DNA of 64,000 nucleotides from Yuukianura sp. NJ FZ-2021 (lineage: Eukaryota). The notes under the pieces are model-generated. The model did not search any database. It was not told the origin of the DNA and saw nothing but the letters and a program-made list of their open reading frames with translations. Made by a program: the position numbers and the translations under genes. Every line of letters starts with the position of its first letter. The first letter of the stretch is position 1. Location: contig CM102287.1 in assembly GCA_046563655.1 (NCBI GenBank), positions 10,664,001-10,728,000 of the forward strand, written 5' to 3'. This document shows positions 27,971 through 42,695 of this stretch, one piece after another.

Positions 27971-29194
27971 TCACTGGAACTTACGAGGACAACTGACAGT
28001 CATAGTCTCCAGGTCCAGATTGTACTGCGCTGTGATTGAGCGAGTTCCAGGCGGAGGAGGCATGAATCCTGGAGCCAAGTTGATTTGCGGAACTTGAAAG
28101 CCACCTTGAGCCAGGGCAGGAACGAGACAGCTCAGATACTTGCTCAAGTCATCCTTCACTTGGACGATTCCATTGATAGACTGTAGTTGTTGCCTCAACT
28201 TCCGATTCTCTAGTTCCAGTCTCTGGTTGACTTCCAATGCTTTCGCTTTGTCTTGCGATTCCTTTTCATAAGCAGTCTTCCATTTCACAACGTCCTCCTT
28301 CAGATCAGCCAGTTCTTGCTTCTTTCTGTCTCGATTGGCCTTGGCAGCTCGTGCATTTCGAACGGAAGGATTCTCAGGGTCATCCAACTCGTATTTCTTG
28401 ATACGCTTTCCGGACGGAGTAGCTGGAGAAGGAAATTCAGTTGGGAGAGATCGCTTCTTGCCACGAGAGCTACTGGCAACTTGCTTCTGAAGGACGGCCT
28501 CGCTTGGCTTTACGTCAATCGTGTCTCCAAATACTTCTTCAGTCACTCGATATACGTTTCCAGACTTCCTGCGTCCTCTCGTAGAAGTAACTGGGCTCGA
28601 CAGTACTAACAATACAACAGGCAGAGTCAAATATTTACTCGTACATTTGAATTCGATAAAATCGTGTCTCAACTTGTAAATAGTTGTACCTGGTGCTGGA
28701 TTAGCCTTGATACTGACTACTTGTGCATTGTTCACAGATGAGATAGGAACGTCGATGTACTGCAACATTGCAGGAGCCACCGTAAAATTAGTAGCGTTCA
28801 ATTGTGGCTTACGTTCCTGTGCTATATTAGCCATGATGAGTTGCTGGTTGTGCTGAACTGGCGTGAATGTTGGCAGCATTTCCCCAATACTTCCTTGGCT
28901 AAGGCGGAGAAGATCCATTAGAAAGGAGTCGTCGGCCACAGTCTGCTCCTCAATCACCTTGTTTAGGGTTACATCAAACTCGGTTTGATTAAATTCCAAA
29001 GGAGTGTCGGGATTTTCGACTTCTCCGAGATCCAGAACGTTTTCGCTCATTTCTGGATCCAAATCAGGGTTGTCCATGACTCCAGCCAGGGCTGAACTGT
29101 CGTTATCCCCAGGAATGAATTCCATGCCGAAGAAAGTGGTACTAGAATAAGAGGGCATGTCCATTTCCTCCAGTCCCCCTGAAACAGCATTCAT
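27971..29194 (-). CDS. Basic leucine-zipper transcription factor, subfamily unassigned
   Basis: 407-codon ORF with an acidic N-terminus, basic region SVRNARAAKANRDRKKQE and heptad coiled coil. A probable 84-nt intron lies at 28689-28606. Confidence 0.85.
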   Translation of the reverse strand: MNAVSGGLEEMDMPSYSSTTFFGMEFIPGDNDSSALAGVMDNPDLDPEMSENVLDLGEVENPDTPLEFNQTEFDVTLNKVIEEQTVADDSFLMDLLRLSQGSIGEMLPTFTPVQHNQQLIMANIAQERKPQLNATNFTVAPAMLQYIDVPISSVNNAQVVSIKANPAPGTTIYKLRHDFIEFKCTSKYLTLPVVLLVLSSPVTSTRGRRKSGNVYRVTEEVFGDTIDVKPSEAVLQKQVASSSRGKKRSLPTEFPSPATPSGKRIKKYELDDPENPSVRNARAAKANRDRKKQELADLKEDVVKWKTAYEKESQDKAKALEVNQRLELENRKLRQQLQSINGIVQVKDDLSKYLSCLVPALAQGGFQVPQINLAPGFMPPPPGTRSITAQYNLDLETMTVSCPRKFQ

Positions 29195-29536
29195 CCAAGG
29201 TCAATTCAAGGGACTATTGGTCGTTTTTTGTACGTTTGTTCACAACCCAGTAAACCCCTCTGTCAGTTTCGACTTTGCTAAGCTGAAATAGTGTATAAAA
29301 GTGAGGTTACCTAAGTGTAGGGTGTCCAGTAGATCCAAATTGAGTGGTTGATTGATTGTCTTTGTGTAATTAATCGTTGTAGGAATAGGGGATACTTGCA
29401 GATCGAGTGTTAGACGGGTAATGAAGGGAGAGATGATGAGGATGATTCAGTTGATCTGTCCTTCGTGTTTCAACTTGTCCGAGGACCAATGTTGCCACTT
29501 TACCTTCTGTTCTGTGTGTGGTAGAGTCCACTTGAG

Positions 29537-31237
29537 TATGAGGGGAGATCGACTGCTTTTCAACGCGATTTGCTGCAAGCTTTTTTTTAAAAAACACAAT
29601 TAAATTTCCTTGCAGAAAATCAAAACGAACATTTTCTGCAAGTTTTTTTCTTGCAAAAATCGAGACGTTGTTATAAGAAGCTTGCGAAAAATCGAGGAGC
29701 TGTTATAAAAATCTTGCGAAGAATCGAAGCGCTGTTATTAGAAGCTTGCGGAGAATCGAGCCGAGGTTATAAAAAGCTTGCGAAGAATCGAGCCGCTGTT
29801 ATAGGAAACTTGCGGAGAATCGAGACATTGTTATAAATTATAATTCACTTTTAAGATTTTACGACAGCTGAATTTCCCCAAGTTAGAATTCCTCGAAAAG
29901 TAAACGTAAAAGTTATATTTTGTCAAAAAATTTTGTCACGTCAAAAAGTTAGAGAACAGGTCAATTTTTGACGAGACCAACATTTCAATACGGTAAAGTA
30001 CGCGTGAATCCTCGGCAAGGCAAATATATCCAAAACTTGAATTTCAGCTGAATTTTTCAAAATTCCAAATCCTCAAAAAGTAAGTGTACAAGTGAATTTT
30101 TAAAAATTTGGACACGTCAAAAAGTTAGAGAACAGGTCAATTTTTGACGAGACCAACATTTCAATACGGTAAAGTACGCGTGAATCCTCGGCAAGGCAAA
30201 TATATCCAAAACTTGAATTTCAGCTGAATTTTTCAAAATTCCAAATCCTCAAAAAGTAAGTGTACAAGTGAATTTTTAAAAATTTGGACACGTCAAAAAG
30301 TTAGAGAACAGGTCAATTTTTGACGAGACCAACATTTCAATACGGTAAAGTACGCGTGAATCCTCGGCAAGGCAAATATATCCAAAACTTGAATTTCAGC
30401 TGAATTTTTCAAAATTCCAATTCCTCAAAAAGTAAGTGTACAAGTGAATTTTTAAAAATTTGGACACGTCAAAAAGTTAGAGAACAGGTCAATTTTTGAC
30501 GAGACCAACATTTCAATACGGTAAAGTACGCGTGAATCCTCGGCAAGGCAAATATATCCAACTTGAATTTCAGCTGAATTTTTCAAAATTCCAATTTCTC
30601 AAAAAGTAAGTGTACAAGTGAATTTTTAAAAATTTGGACACGTCAAAAAGTTAGAGAACAGGTCAATTTTTGACGAGACCAACATTTCAATACGGTAAAG
30701 TACGCGTGAATCCTCGGCAAGGCAAATATATCCAAAACTTGAATTTCAGCTGAATTTTTCAAAATTCCAAATCCTCAAAAAGTAAGTGTACAAGTGAATT
30801 TTTAAAAATTTGGACACGTCAAAAAGTTAGAGAACAGGTCAATTTTTGACGAGACCAACATTTCAATACGGTAAAGTACGCGTGAATCCTCGGCAAGGCA
30901 AATACATCCAAAACTTGAATTTCAGCTGAATTTTTCAAAATTCCAATTCCTCAAATTCTTCGCATGTTTCTTATAACAACGTCTCGATTTTCCGCAATCT
31001 TTTTATAACAACGCATCGATTTTCCTCAAGCTTTTTATAACAACATCTGGATTTTCCGCATGTTTCTTATAACAACGGCTCGATTTTGCGCAAACTTCTT
31101 ATAACAACGCCTCCGTTCTCTGCAAGAAAAAAGCCTGCAGAAAATGTTCATCCTTATTTTCTGCAAGGAATTTTTGCTTGTTTTTTAAAAAAATCTTGCA
31201 GCAAATCGTATTGAAAAGCAGTCGATCTCCCCTCATA
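29537..31237. mobile_element. Non-autonomous TIR transposon (1701 bp, 6-bp TSD CTTGAG, TAT...ATA termini; IS3EU-like)
   Basis: cttgag at 29531-29536 and 31238-31243 flanks tatgaggggagatcgactgcttttcaa ... ttgaaaagcagtcgatctcccctcata. The imperfect inverted arms run about 280 bp and include ~33-bp subterminal repeats. Confidence 0.9.
29865..30955. repeat. 176-bp tandem array (~6.2 copies) inside the TIR element
   Basis: tcaaaaagttagagaacagg starts at 29941, 30117, 30293, 30469, 30643 and 30819. Confidence 0.97.
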
Positions 31238-31907
31238 CTTGAGGAGAGATAAAGTGCATTTATTAGGTGAGAGTGGAAGTGGAGGGGTTGGGTGGGTGGT
31301 CAGTTGGCAACAGAGTCCCTAAGCTCCGCCCCCCTCTGACCTCAATACACAAATCGACACGAAGACGACGTTTTGCAGAAATGGAGAGCTCCCATTGGAC
31401 GACGCATTGCATCATCCAAGTGCTTTCACACCTCACGCTAAGTGCTTTCTATCATATGACTCACCTATCACCTGACCACTCCAATCTAATACATTATGCA
31501 GAAACTTAACAATTTAACTACACTTGAGAGGTCAACCACCTTGACCTACTTCAAATGCCATCGGAAGTAACACTCTCATTTAATTCATTTAAATTCAACA
31601 TCAAATTATATCCTAACTACACTCATTTGAGTTATACTTTATGTTTTAAAATAACAAAATAGAGCCTGTCAATCTCAGAGTTAGCACAAACTCTCTTCTA
31701 ATCAAAGTGACAACTAAATCATTAGAAATGTATGAAGTATAATACACAATGGCTCTTAAATGACATGTAATTAAATATGTGCACACTCCTTATAGTCCTA
31801 TGTAATCCACCTCCAGATCACAGCCAGTCCACACTTAAGACTCTTCAGTTCCAACAAACACCACAACCAAGTAGCCAACAACTGGAAAACTTCTAGTCTT
31901 TAACCTA

Positions 31908-32629
31908 CTATCTATGGTAAATAAGCTGTTCATCAGTTTGGAGTAGCAGAGGGGTGCGCCCGCGTGCAAAAAAGGGGCGCGGGGGCGGGTGCGGCATAAT
32001 TAATTTAAATTTGGTAAAAAAAATTGCAAAAGTGAAAAATAAATGAATGTTGATAAAAATCAATACTTTTAATAATATAATTAATTAATTTTAATTAGTA
32101 TTTAAATAATCAATATAAAAAATTTATTTTTTTGTGTTTTTTAAGTTTCACGTTATATAAACAGTCAGTTAAGTAAAAATTGATTAAAACGTGTAATAAT
32201 ATAATATAATTAATGAATTTTAATTAATTAATGAATAATTAATATAAAAAGTTGATTTTTCCATTCAAGTTTCTAAAAAAATCAATTTTTTATATTAATT
32301 ATTCATTAATTAATTAAAATTCATAAATTATATTATATTATTACACGTTTTAATCAATTTTTACTTAACTGATTGTTTATATAACGTGAAACTTAAAAAA
32401 CACAAAAAAATAAATTTTTTATATTGATTATTTAAATACTAATTAAAATTAATTAATTATATTATTAAAAGTATTGATTTTTATCAACATTCATTTATTT
32501 TTCACTTTTGCAATTTTTTTTACCAAATTTAAATTAATTATGCCGCACCCGCCCCCGCGCCCCTTTTTTGCACGCGGGCGCACCCCTCTGCTACTCCAAA
32601 CTGATGAACAGCTTATTTACCATAGATAG
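31908..32629. mobile_element. Foldback/MITE: near-perfect ~350-bp inverted arms with a ~15-bp spacer, TA target duplication
   Basis: ta|ctatctatggtaaataagctgttcatcag... mirrors ...ctgatgaacagcttatttaccatagatag|ta. I see only about three mismatches between arms. The spacer is near 32261-32275. Confidence 0.93.
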
Positions 32630-32961
32630 TACTTCCTAGTCTATTATAGTGTTCAATTGCATTTTGTTCTTTCTTAGAGTTAATTAACAGTTACGAGTTC
32701 TGCGAAGACTTAAAGCTACTCGAGTACAAGTAAAATGAGTCATAAAAATTCATTTCCAACGAACACTCACGTATTACAAAAGGGAAGGTCCATCGGAGAA
32801 CACTGTTCCAAAGTCAGAAGCATTCTGCGTCATGCACAACCAAACCAGGGTTCCAGCAATCCAGAGCTGCAATTCTCCATCCATTAAAAAGTTCCTCCAC
32901 AACTTCATCTTTCAGACTGTCTTCCGAACTTTGTCTTTTAGCAACTATCGGCGGAAGAAGT

Positions 32962-35763
32962 TCAATCGGGAGGGAGGTTGGAGAAGAGCTTGAATTTATC
33001 ACGAATATGAGGCCGCACGTCTTCATTCTACAAAAATCGGTTGAAATTACTTCGTGATTGGTTGGAATTTAAAAGTGAATTGGAATATGAACTTACCATG
33101 TGTACCAAACTCTCGAGGAAGGGGACTAATTTCATGAGCTCATCATCATTCTGATCCACAAACCAACTCTCTATCGGAATCCCATTCTCCAACTAAATTC
33201 AAAACAGAATTGGAGTGTCCAAAAAAGTATTAAAAAGTACTAAAACCACTAAAAAGTGAGAACTGGGTGTTACTTGGTAGCCAAATGCCTGAACGGAGTT
33301 GTCGACCATAATGACTTTGGAGAGATCCCTCCCGAGGATGCTGAGGTCCTTGATGTACTTTCCATTGATGCAAAGGCAGTGCTCTCGAAACAACCGGTAT
33401 CTAAACAAGTCACAATTAGAAACTAATCCACAAGTGAAAGTTAGTGTTGAAATTGGCTAATTACTTGATGAGTTTGCGTTCTGGGTCGAGCAAGTCCAGG
33501 ATTTTGTTTGCGTATACTTTCTTGGAGGCCGTGAACAGAATCACTTCAAACATCCGAGCCACTTTGTCCAGAAATTCACGAAAGTAAGGTCTCGTACGAC
33601 CATAAACCTAAAACAAAGTAAACAAAGTTAATTTCATCACGTCATCGCATCTCACGAGCCTCCAGTTGACGAAATATTGTGACACACCCAACTATCAGCA
33701 CCTCTAACCTCCTCTTCACAAAGATTTATCAAAATGTTACTGTATAACTTTATCTTCCGTTCTCCTGCGACTAAAACCTTGGTGTTCCAGCACTTTTTTT
33801 AGTATCTGAGTTAATAATTTTGAAAATACGTAAAGTGTACCTGGTAAGTGCATTCCTGGCAGTTGACAGGGAAGGAGAAGGCAGCGTCGTTCATTTCCTG
33901 CAAACTGCAGTGGACCAGCGTCTCATCCAGATCCAGAACCAAGCTGTACTTGGGAGAACTGCGTGTTTTGAGAGGAAGAACGGGCACTCGGGCCTTCATT
34001 TCCTCCGTCAAAGGAGGGAGATGCTTGATGAAGTGGAAGGGATTGAGGTCCCAGTAGTCGTCGTAGTACAGCTCACTCGTCCCATCTACATAACCCATAG
34101 CACACACAATTAGACTCACTTCAGTTCAAATGATCAGTGTCCAACACATTAGGTCGCCATAGTCATAAGGAATACGTCTCAACTGATTGGGAACACTGCT
34201 CAAACTAACTCTTCCTTCCAGTAGTGTCCACAATCAGTTTAGACACATGTCTATAGACATGTGCGCAACTGTGACGCAACACAGCTTCAAAACAGGCAAA
34301 TAACCCATTTCTCTCTCTGTTTTCGCAACAAATGGGAGCGAACGCAGGATAACCTCCGCCAAGCGCCCTTTGAACTTGAGGAAATGCATTAGAAACACTC
34401 CCGCCCTCATTCCAAGTCGTCACAGTTGTCGCTTGTTTTCCAAATTGAGGTCAGAGGTTATCCGTCGTTCTCTCATGCCCCAACTGTACCAAAATTCAAG
34501 TTCAATGATGTCCACAATTGGTCCATTCATTTATCCCCGCAAAAAACTGACCATCGCTGGAACCCCCAGCCTGGAAGGACTAATGTAAACAAATTGTAAA
34601 CTTGTGAAATAGTAAGAATAACATGTAGCATAAGAATGTTTGTTACTTGAAGTGTAAGCGGAGTAGATGGGTGAGGAGAGAAGGGCGTCGGTGGCCTCTG
34701 TTCCGAGCGTGAAGAAGGACGTGGGTGACGCTGGTTCCTGACTCACTTGACCTTGACTCTGCCCCCCTTGCATCTGGGGGTACAACTGGGCGTGGTTTGA
34801 AGGCACAATTTCCACGTTGTTGCTGGATTGATTGTAGATGTAGGAAGTAGAAGGCATTAGTTGATTGTACTCAGCACCATAACAGCAGTTCGGACTCAAA
34901 GTTAGGACTGGACTTAGATGTCTGTAGGAACTGGAGCTACTGGAGCACGCAACAACTCCCTCTGAAATCCACTCTTCAGTTCCAAAGAGTCCCTTGGAAC
35001 AAGGCTCGAATACTCCATTTGGACAGTACTCGTCTTCCTCGTGCAGGAAGTCAAATTCCTCGTAAGCTGCCAAGTCAATTGCATGCGGGTCTTCATACAC
35101 TACTGGGCTGTTGATCACGGTCGGAATTGGTTGTGGTTCTGACGATTCTTCTCCACTATTCAGCTTCTCTTCTGCTTCAGATTCCAAAGGTGTTGGGGCA
35201 TGAGATGGCTGTTGATCGTGATTAGTTTCCAGTGGACTTTGAGAAAGAGTTATTACAGTTGATTCTTCTGTCAGAGTTACCCTCAAATGATGAGAGGAAG
35301 TAGCTGTATCTGTGCTGTGAAGTTCGGTGGGATCCACAGTGTGGGAATTTCCAATTTCATTCGTGTTGACAGGTACTGGAAGTACTTTGGGAGATGACTT
35401 GGGCGGCTTCTTTGTATCCCGGGAGATAGAGCAATCCTTGCTACCAGATCGAGTACTTGTGTCAGTTCCTACATTTGCGTTGAGATTTCGAGATCGGAGG
35501 ACCTTGTGCGGCGTTTCGCTTGCAACCTTCTCCTTGGCAAGACGTAGTTTCTTCCCTCCGTTGTTGAGAGCTCTGACCCTTGGAAGAACTGTTCGTTTGG
35601 CGCTAGTGGAGTTGACATTCGGAGGGATGGATCTGAGGCGTAAGGAAGTTCGGAGTCGGGGTTTGCCCTCTGTTGACTTGGATTTGTGCAGAGTGGATGT
35701 CAATACTTTGTTCTTGGCCAGTCGTGGAGACACTCTCACTGCGTGCGTCTTCCGTAATTTCAT
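32962..35763 (-). CDS. CTDSPL2: CTD small phosphatase-like protein 2 (FCP/SCP HAD phosphatase)
   Basis: Exons 35763-34647 and 34085-33841, then four further short exons. Motifs: [33 protein letters not shown] (DxDxT), [19 protein letters not shown], and C-terminus [21 protein letters not shown]. Confidence 0.93.
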
Positions 35764-35829
35764 TGGTTGACTTTGCTCCTTGATTTTAAGAATGACTGCT
35801 CTCCGCTTCCCTTCAATTTACCTAAAAAC

Positions 35830-37050
35830 AACCGTAAAAATTATCATTCGAGAAGATTCTAGAGGAACGTCAAAGAAAGGACGAAGGTTGATTTTCTTAC
35901 TGTTTGAGATGAATGAGGAGAGAAGAGATGTTGATGTTGGTTGTGGTAATTGGTGAAGATGAGACGATTAATTAGTGTTTGATTAATTAATTGGGTTAAT
36001 GTGAGATGAGATTGGGAGATGTTTAAAAAGCTATGGCTATGGGGTACTGGTTTAGGGGGCTGGTTTTTCAATTTCGGACTAATGCCTCCTGCATTACCCT
36101 TTATCTCGAAAAGCCGACCCCTCATTTGCATGAACAGAACATAAAACTAGCACGAGTCCCATCAACCTCTGACATTACTCTATACACCATAACTTACTTT
36201 ATATAAAAGCATAGGAGGGATTCTATGGCGCCAACGCTCACCACCAACACTCAAAACATGCGTCTTCAAACTATCAATCACTTTTTCCCAAAGTGTCATT
36301 CAAAAATGTAAAAGCTAACGTACATTGTGTGTGTAACTAACTTCTGTGAATTAAACTAAAAATATTAATTATTCCATTTCAATTTAGTTAGTTTCAATAA
36401 ATCACAATTAATTATTATGATGGGTCGTTGCAGGTTTTGTGTCTTCGTTTGCAATTCAGAGCACAGTCGTCTAGCAAAGAGGCGGCTAATCGGTAATTGG
36501 TACTCGAATTTATTTGAGCTTTTTAATAAAAGCGGAGAACGATCCGTTTTACTTTATAAAACTCTGTGAAATTTCAAAGCAAAGATAAAGCGTTTGCAGA
36601 CATGAGAAATTTTTTGAATTGAAATAAAAGTATAATGTTTAGTGTTAACTTTAGTTTTCTTGCGAAATATTTGATTGAAATGTGTGTCGGTTTCTGGTAC
36701 AGTAGTAAGTGTTTTATACCGGTGGATTAGTTTCCCGCGCTTTCTGTTTTGCACATTTGTGTTTATTTTGAAGACAAAGGGCATGCGCAGAGTTGTTTTG
36801 AAATAAATTGGATCCCTCTGCCACCCAACCCCTTCTGAACGTTGTGCAAAAAAGAAATTGAACTTTAGAGGTGAGAGATTCCTTCCTGTTTGTGATTTGT
36901 TCATAAAAATTAAATCCCGATTCCAAATTAAAAGTGGTTTCGTTTTGGGCAGTTGGTCCATTCGTTGAGTCAGTCGTTTACAGTTCGTCAGGGAAATCGC
37001 ATCCCTATCTTTCTTGTCTATTCTACAAATCATCCGTTCAAACAGGTAAT
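35830..37050. promoter_or_regulatory. Divergent promoter region CTDSPL2 / Cullin-1
   Basis: Head-to-head gene arrangement with an AT-rich core. The exact TSSs cannot be determined from sequence. Confidence 0.55.
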
Positions 37051-37117
37051 CGCTTCTGAATCATCCACTAATTCAACACAAGATCAGTTTGAGAAGGAAG
37101 GACAATCTGGGACAAGG

Positions 37118-40372
<3,255 letters not shown>

Positions 40373-40697
40373 CCCCTCCGCAAGGAAAGATCTCAAGTGC
40401 TGCAACAAGTGAAGAGTTCGTGAGAGGATGTGCTGGATGGAATTGTTAGCCTCTCTCCCATAACGCGTAATTAACACTTTAAACTACTCCAAACAAAAAC
40501 TAAATTTCATGGATCGACGCAGATTAAATCACAACCATCTCTTTATCCGCTCACTTCCGGTCGTTTGGAAAGTTTAATCACTGGGCTTGGATGATTTTGG
40601 TATTGTTTGTTTCTGGAATTGTTTCCTTATAAAGCGGAGGAGTGGAAGTGGATTCTTTTTGAGTCACATTTTGCCCTTTGACTTGGATGAGTTTGTG

Positions 40698-41328
40698 ATG
40701 CGACTTTTGAGTTTATTTGGATTGTTGATGGTGGTACTTGGGGTGGACTGCCAAGACAAGGACTTTAAGGAAGAGTGCAAACAAGTTTCCATGAAACTGA
40801 TGAAGGAACATCTCAAGACGCTCAACGACTGCACTGCTTCATTCAAGTTCAAAGATGCGAAGGAGAAGAAGCAGAAGAACTCTTGCATCATGAAGTGCGT
40901 CATGGCGGTCAGTTCCACTTTTTAAAGTTCAAACTTTGTTCTAAATTTTGTTTCTTATATTAATTGATTTTGGATTTGCAGAAAGTGGGGCTGCTGGATG
41001 CGAATGGGAACGTGGATATCGAAACTTCTGTGAAGATGCTCAAAGAAACTCTGCCGGAAGGAATGTTCAAAAAGGCAGAGACTCTGCTAACGCCTTGCAA
41101 AGAGTTCACACGTACATTTTGAATTCTTAATTCATGAATTAGTAATTGATTTGTGATTGAGTTTGTGTTTCCAGAGGGGCTGGACAACAAGGATGAATTC
41201 TGCAGGTCTTATGACCCCATGATCAAGTGTGGAACGCAGGCAATTACGCAGGTCACAAAGTGAAAGCTAAATTAAAAATTTCCGAAATTTTAATTCCTGT
41301 TTTCTGATTTCTGTAGCTCTGCAAGTGA
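40698..41328 (+). CDS. Secreted odorant-binding-protein-like protein (142 aa, 8 mature Cys)
   Basis: Exons 40698-40907, 40982-41111, 41175-41251, 41317-41328. It has a signal peptide, C-x3-C (CIMKC), a GLLDANG motif and C-x8-C (CRSYDPMIKC). TATAAA is at 40628 and AATAAA at about 41376. Confidence 0.8.
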
Positions 41329-42695
41329 AACGCTCAAGAACTGACTTGATTTCTTAAAATTTTGGACTTGTGTTGAATAAAATATTGTAAATTGTAAGCG
41401 TGTGGAGTGTGGTGTTGTTGCGGTGAATGTTTTGTCGGAGTGTGATTGACGTTGAGACGGTGGGTCGTAGGTGTGGGGAGGTCAATTGAGATTGGGGTTT
41501 GTGTGGTCGGGGAACAGGGGAATTTGTAAGGAATTGAATGATTGCGGTGTGTTAATTAATTGTGTCAATTAACACTTTGTCTCTCCTGATTACTTCCCAA
41601 AGTATAAATACACACGGGACAGGAGGATGGAGTTGCCTGAGGTTCCTCACTTCAGGTCACCACACAGGTCAACTTCTTTCTCTGACCTCTGCGGGCACCA
41701 CCACTTTTCTCCGCTCACATCGCAACTTTCTTCATCATAAATACTGGCAAGAATTTCAATTCATTTCAATTTCAAAAAACTCAAAAGTTTTGAATTTTGA
41801 GGTAATCTGTGTTTTTTGTAGGTTGATGATGGTGCTGGAGACTTCTTTTCCTCTGCTTTCACTCTTGATTGGAGTCCAATTGACCTCTTGTAGACCCCTT
41901 CTCTTGTAGTCAAAATCTTATAAATAAAAACGCATCTTTCTTCTGTCTTTTCTGAAAACAGTAAAAACATGAGCTCTATTCGTCTATGTGTTTATTCTCT
42001 TGGTCTATTTTGGAAAAAGACATTTTGAGAAATGTAGATGTCTTTTGTTAATTAATTGGTGTTAATTAAGTTGTAATTAAGTGTTGAAGTTGATGAGTTA
42101 AAGTGGAGTGGCGTGTGGGAGAAAGCAGAACAAATCCCAGGTAGAAAAACTTTGGGTGAAAAAGAGCCAAAAAGGGTCACTTGTTTCTCTCAACTTTTTC
42201 CTCTCTTCTCTTTTCTCTTTCATTTCCGCACTTTGCAAAATTCAAAAAATTCAAAGTTTCCAGCGATTTTGACGCTTCCAGCGCTAAGTCCAACATTTAA
42301 AAATATATTTTAGAGTATTCTGAATCCAGCTATGAAGGAATGAGCCTTTAATAGCGTCCCGTTCTGCAGATATTCGTCTTCTAATGTACGCTATTTTTAT
42401 GAACTTTCAATTTTTGACTTTTGATGCTTTTGATTCGGATCCTGTTGACTCGTTAGAAGTTGTGGGGCATTAGTCATGAATTGGAATGTAAATGTTTGGA
42501 AGAGCTGGTGAAGAAGTAGCTAAGGTTGGAAGTGATTGGAGAAAGTGAGGGTCAAGTCTCAAAATAGTGTTGGATGGGAGCGAGGTGTTAAGTGGGTGTC
42601 ATTGGAGGGAAGGAGACCAATTAGCACTCCCTGCCATTAATCCACTTCTACTCCATAAAAACACAAGCACCCACCACTTCTCCACATCAGTCAAC

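Noticed and set aside
34086..34646. Possible cassette or poison exons in the long CTDSPL2 intron (e.g. 34579-34552)
   Set aside because: The candidates shift frame or hit stops, and direct 34647-34085 splicing is already in frame. Use cannot be shown without RNA data.
36554..37033. 159-aa minus-strand ORF upstream of Cullin-1
   Set aside because: It lies in AT-rich promoter and leader sequence and has no protein features.
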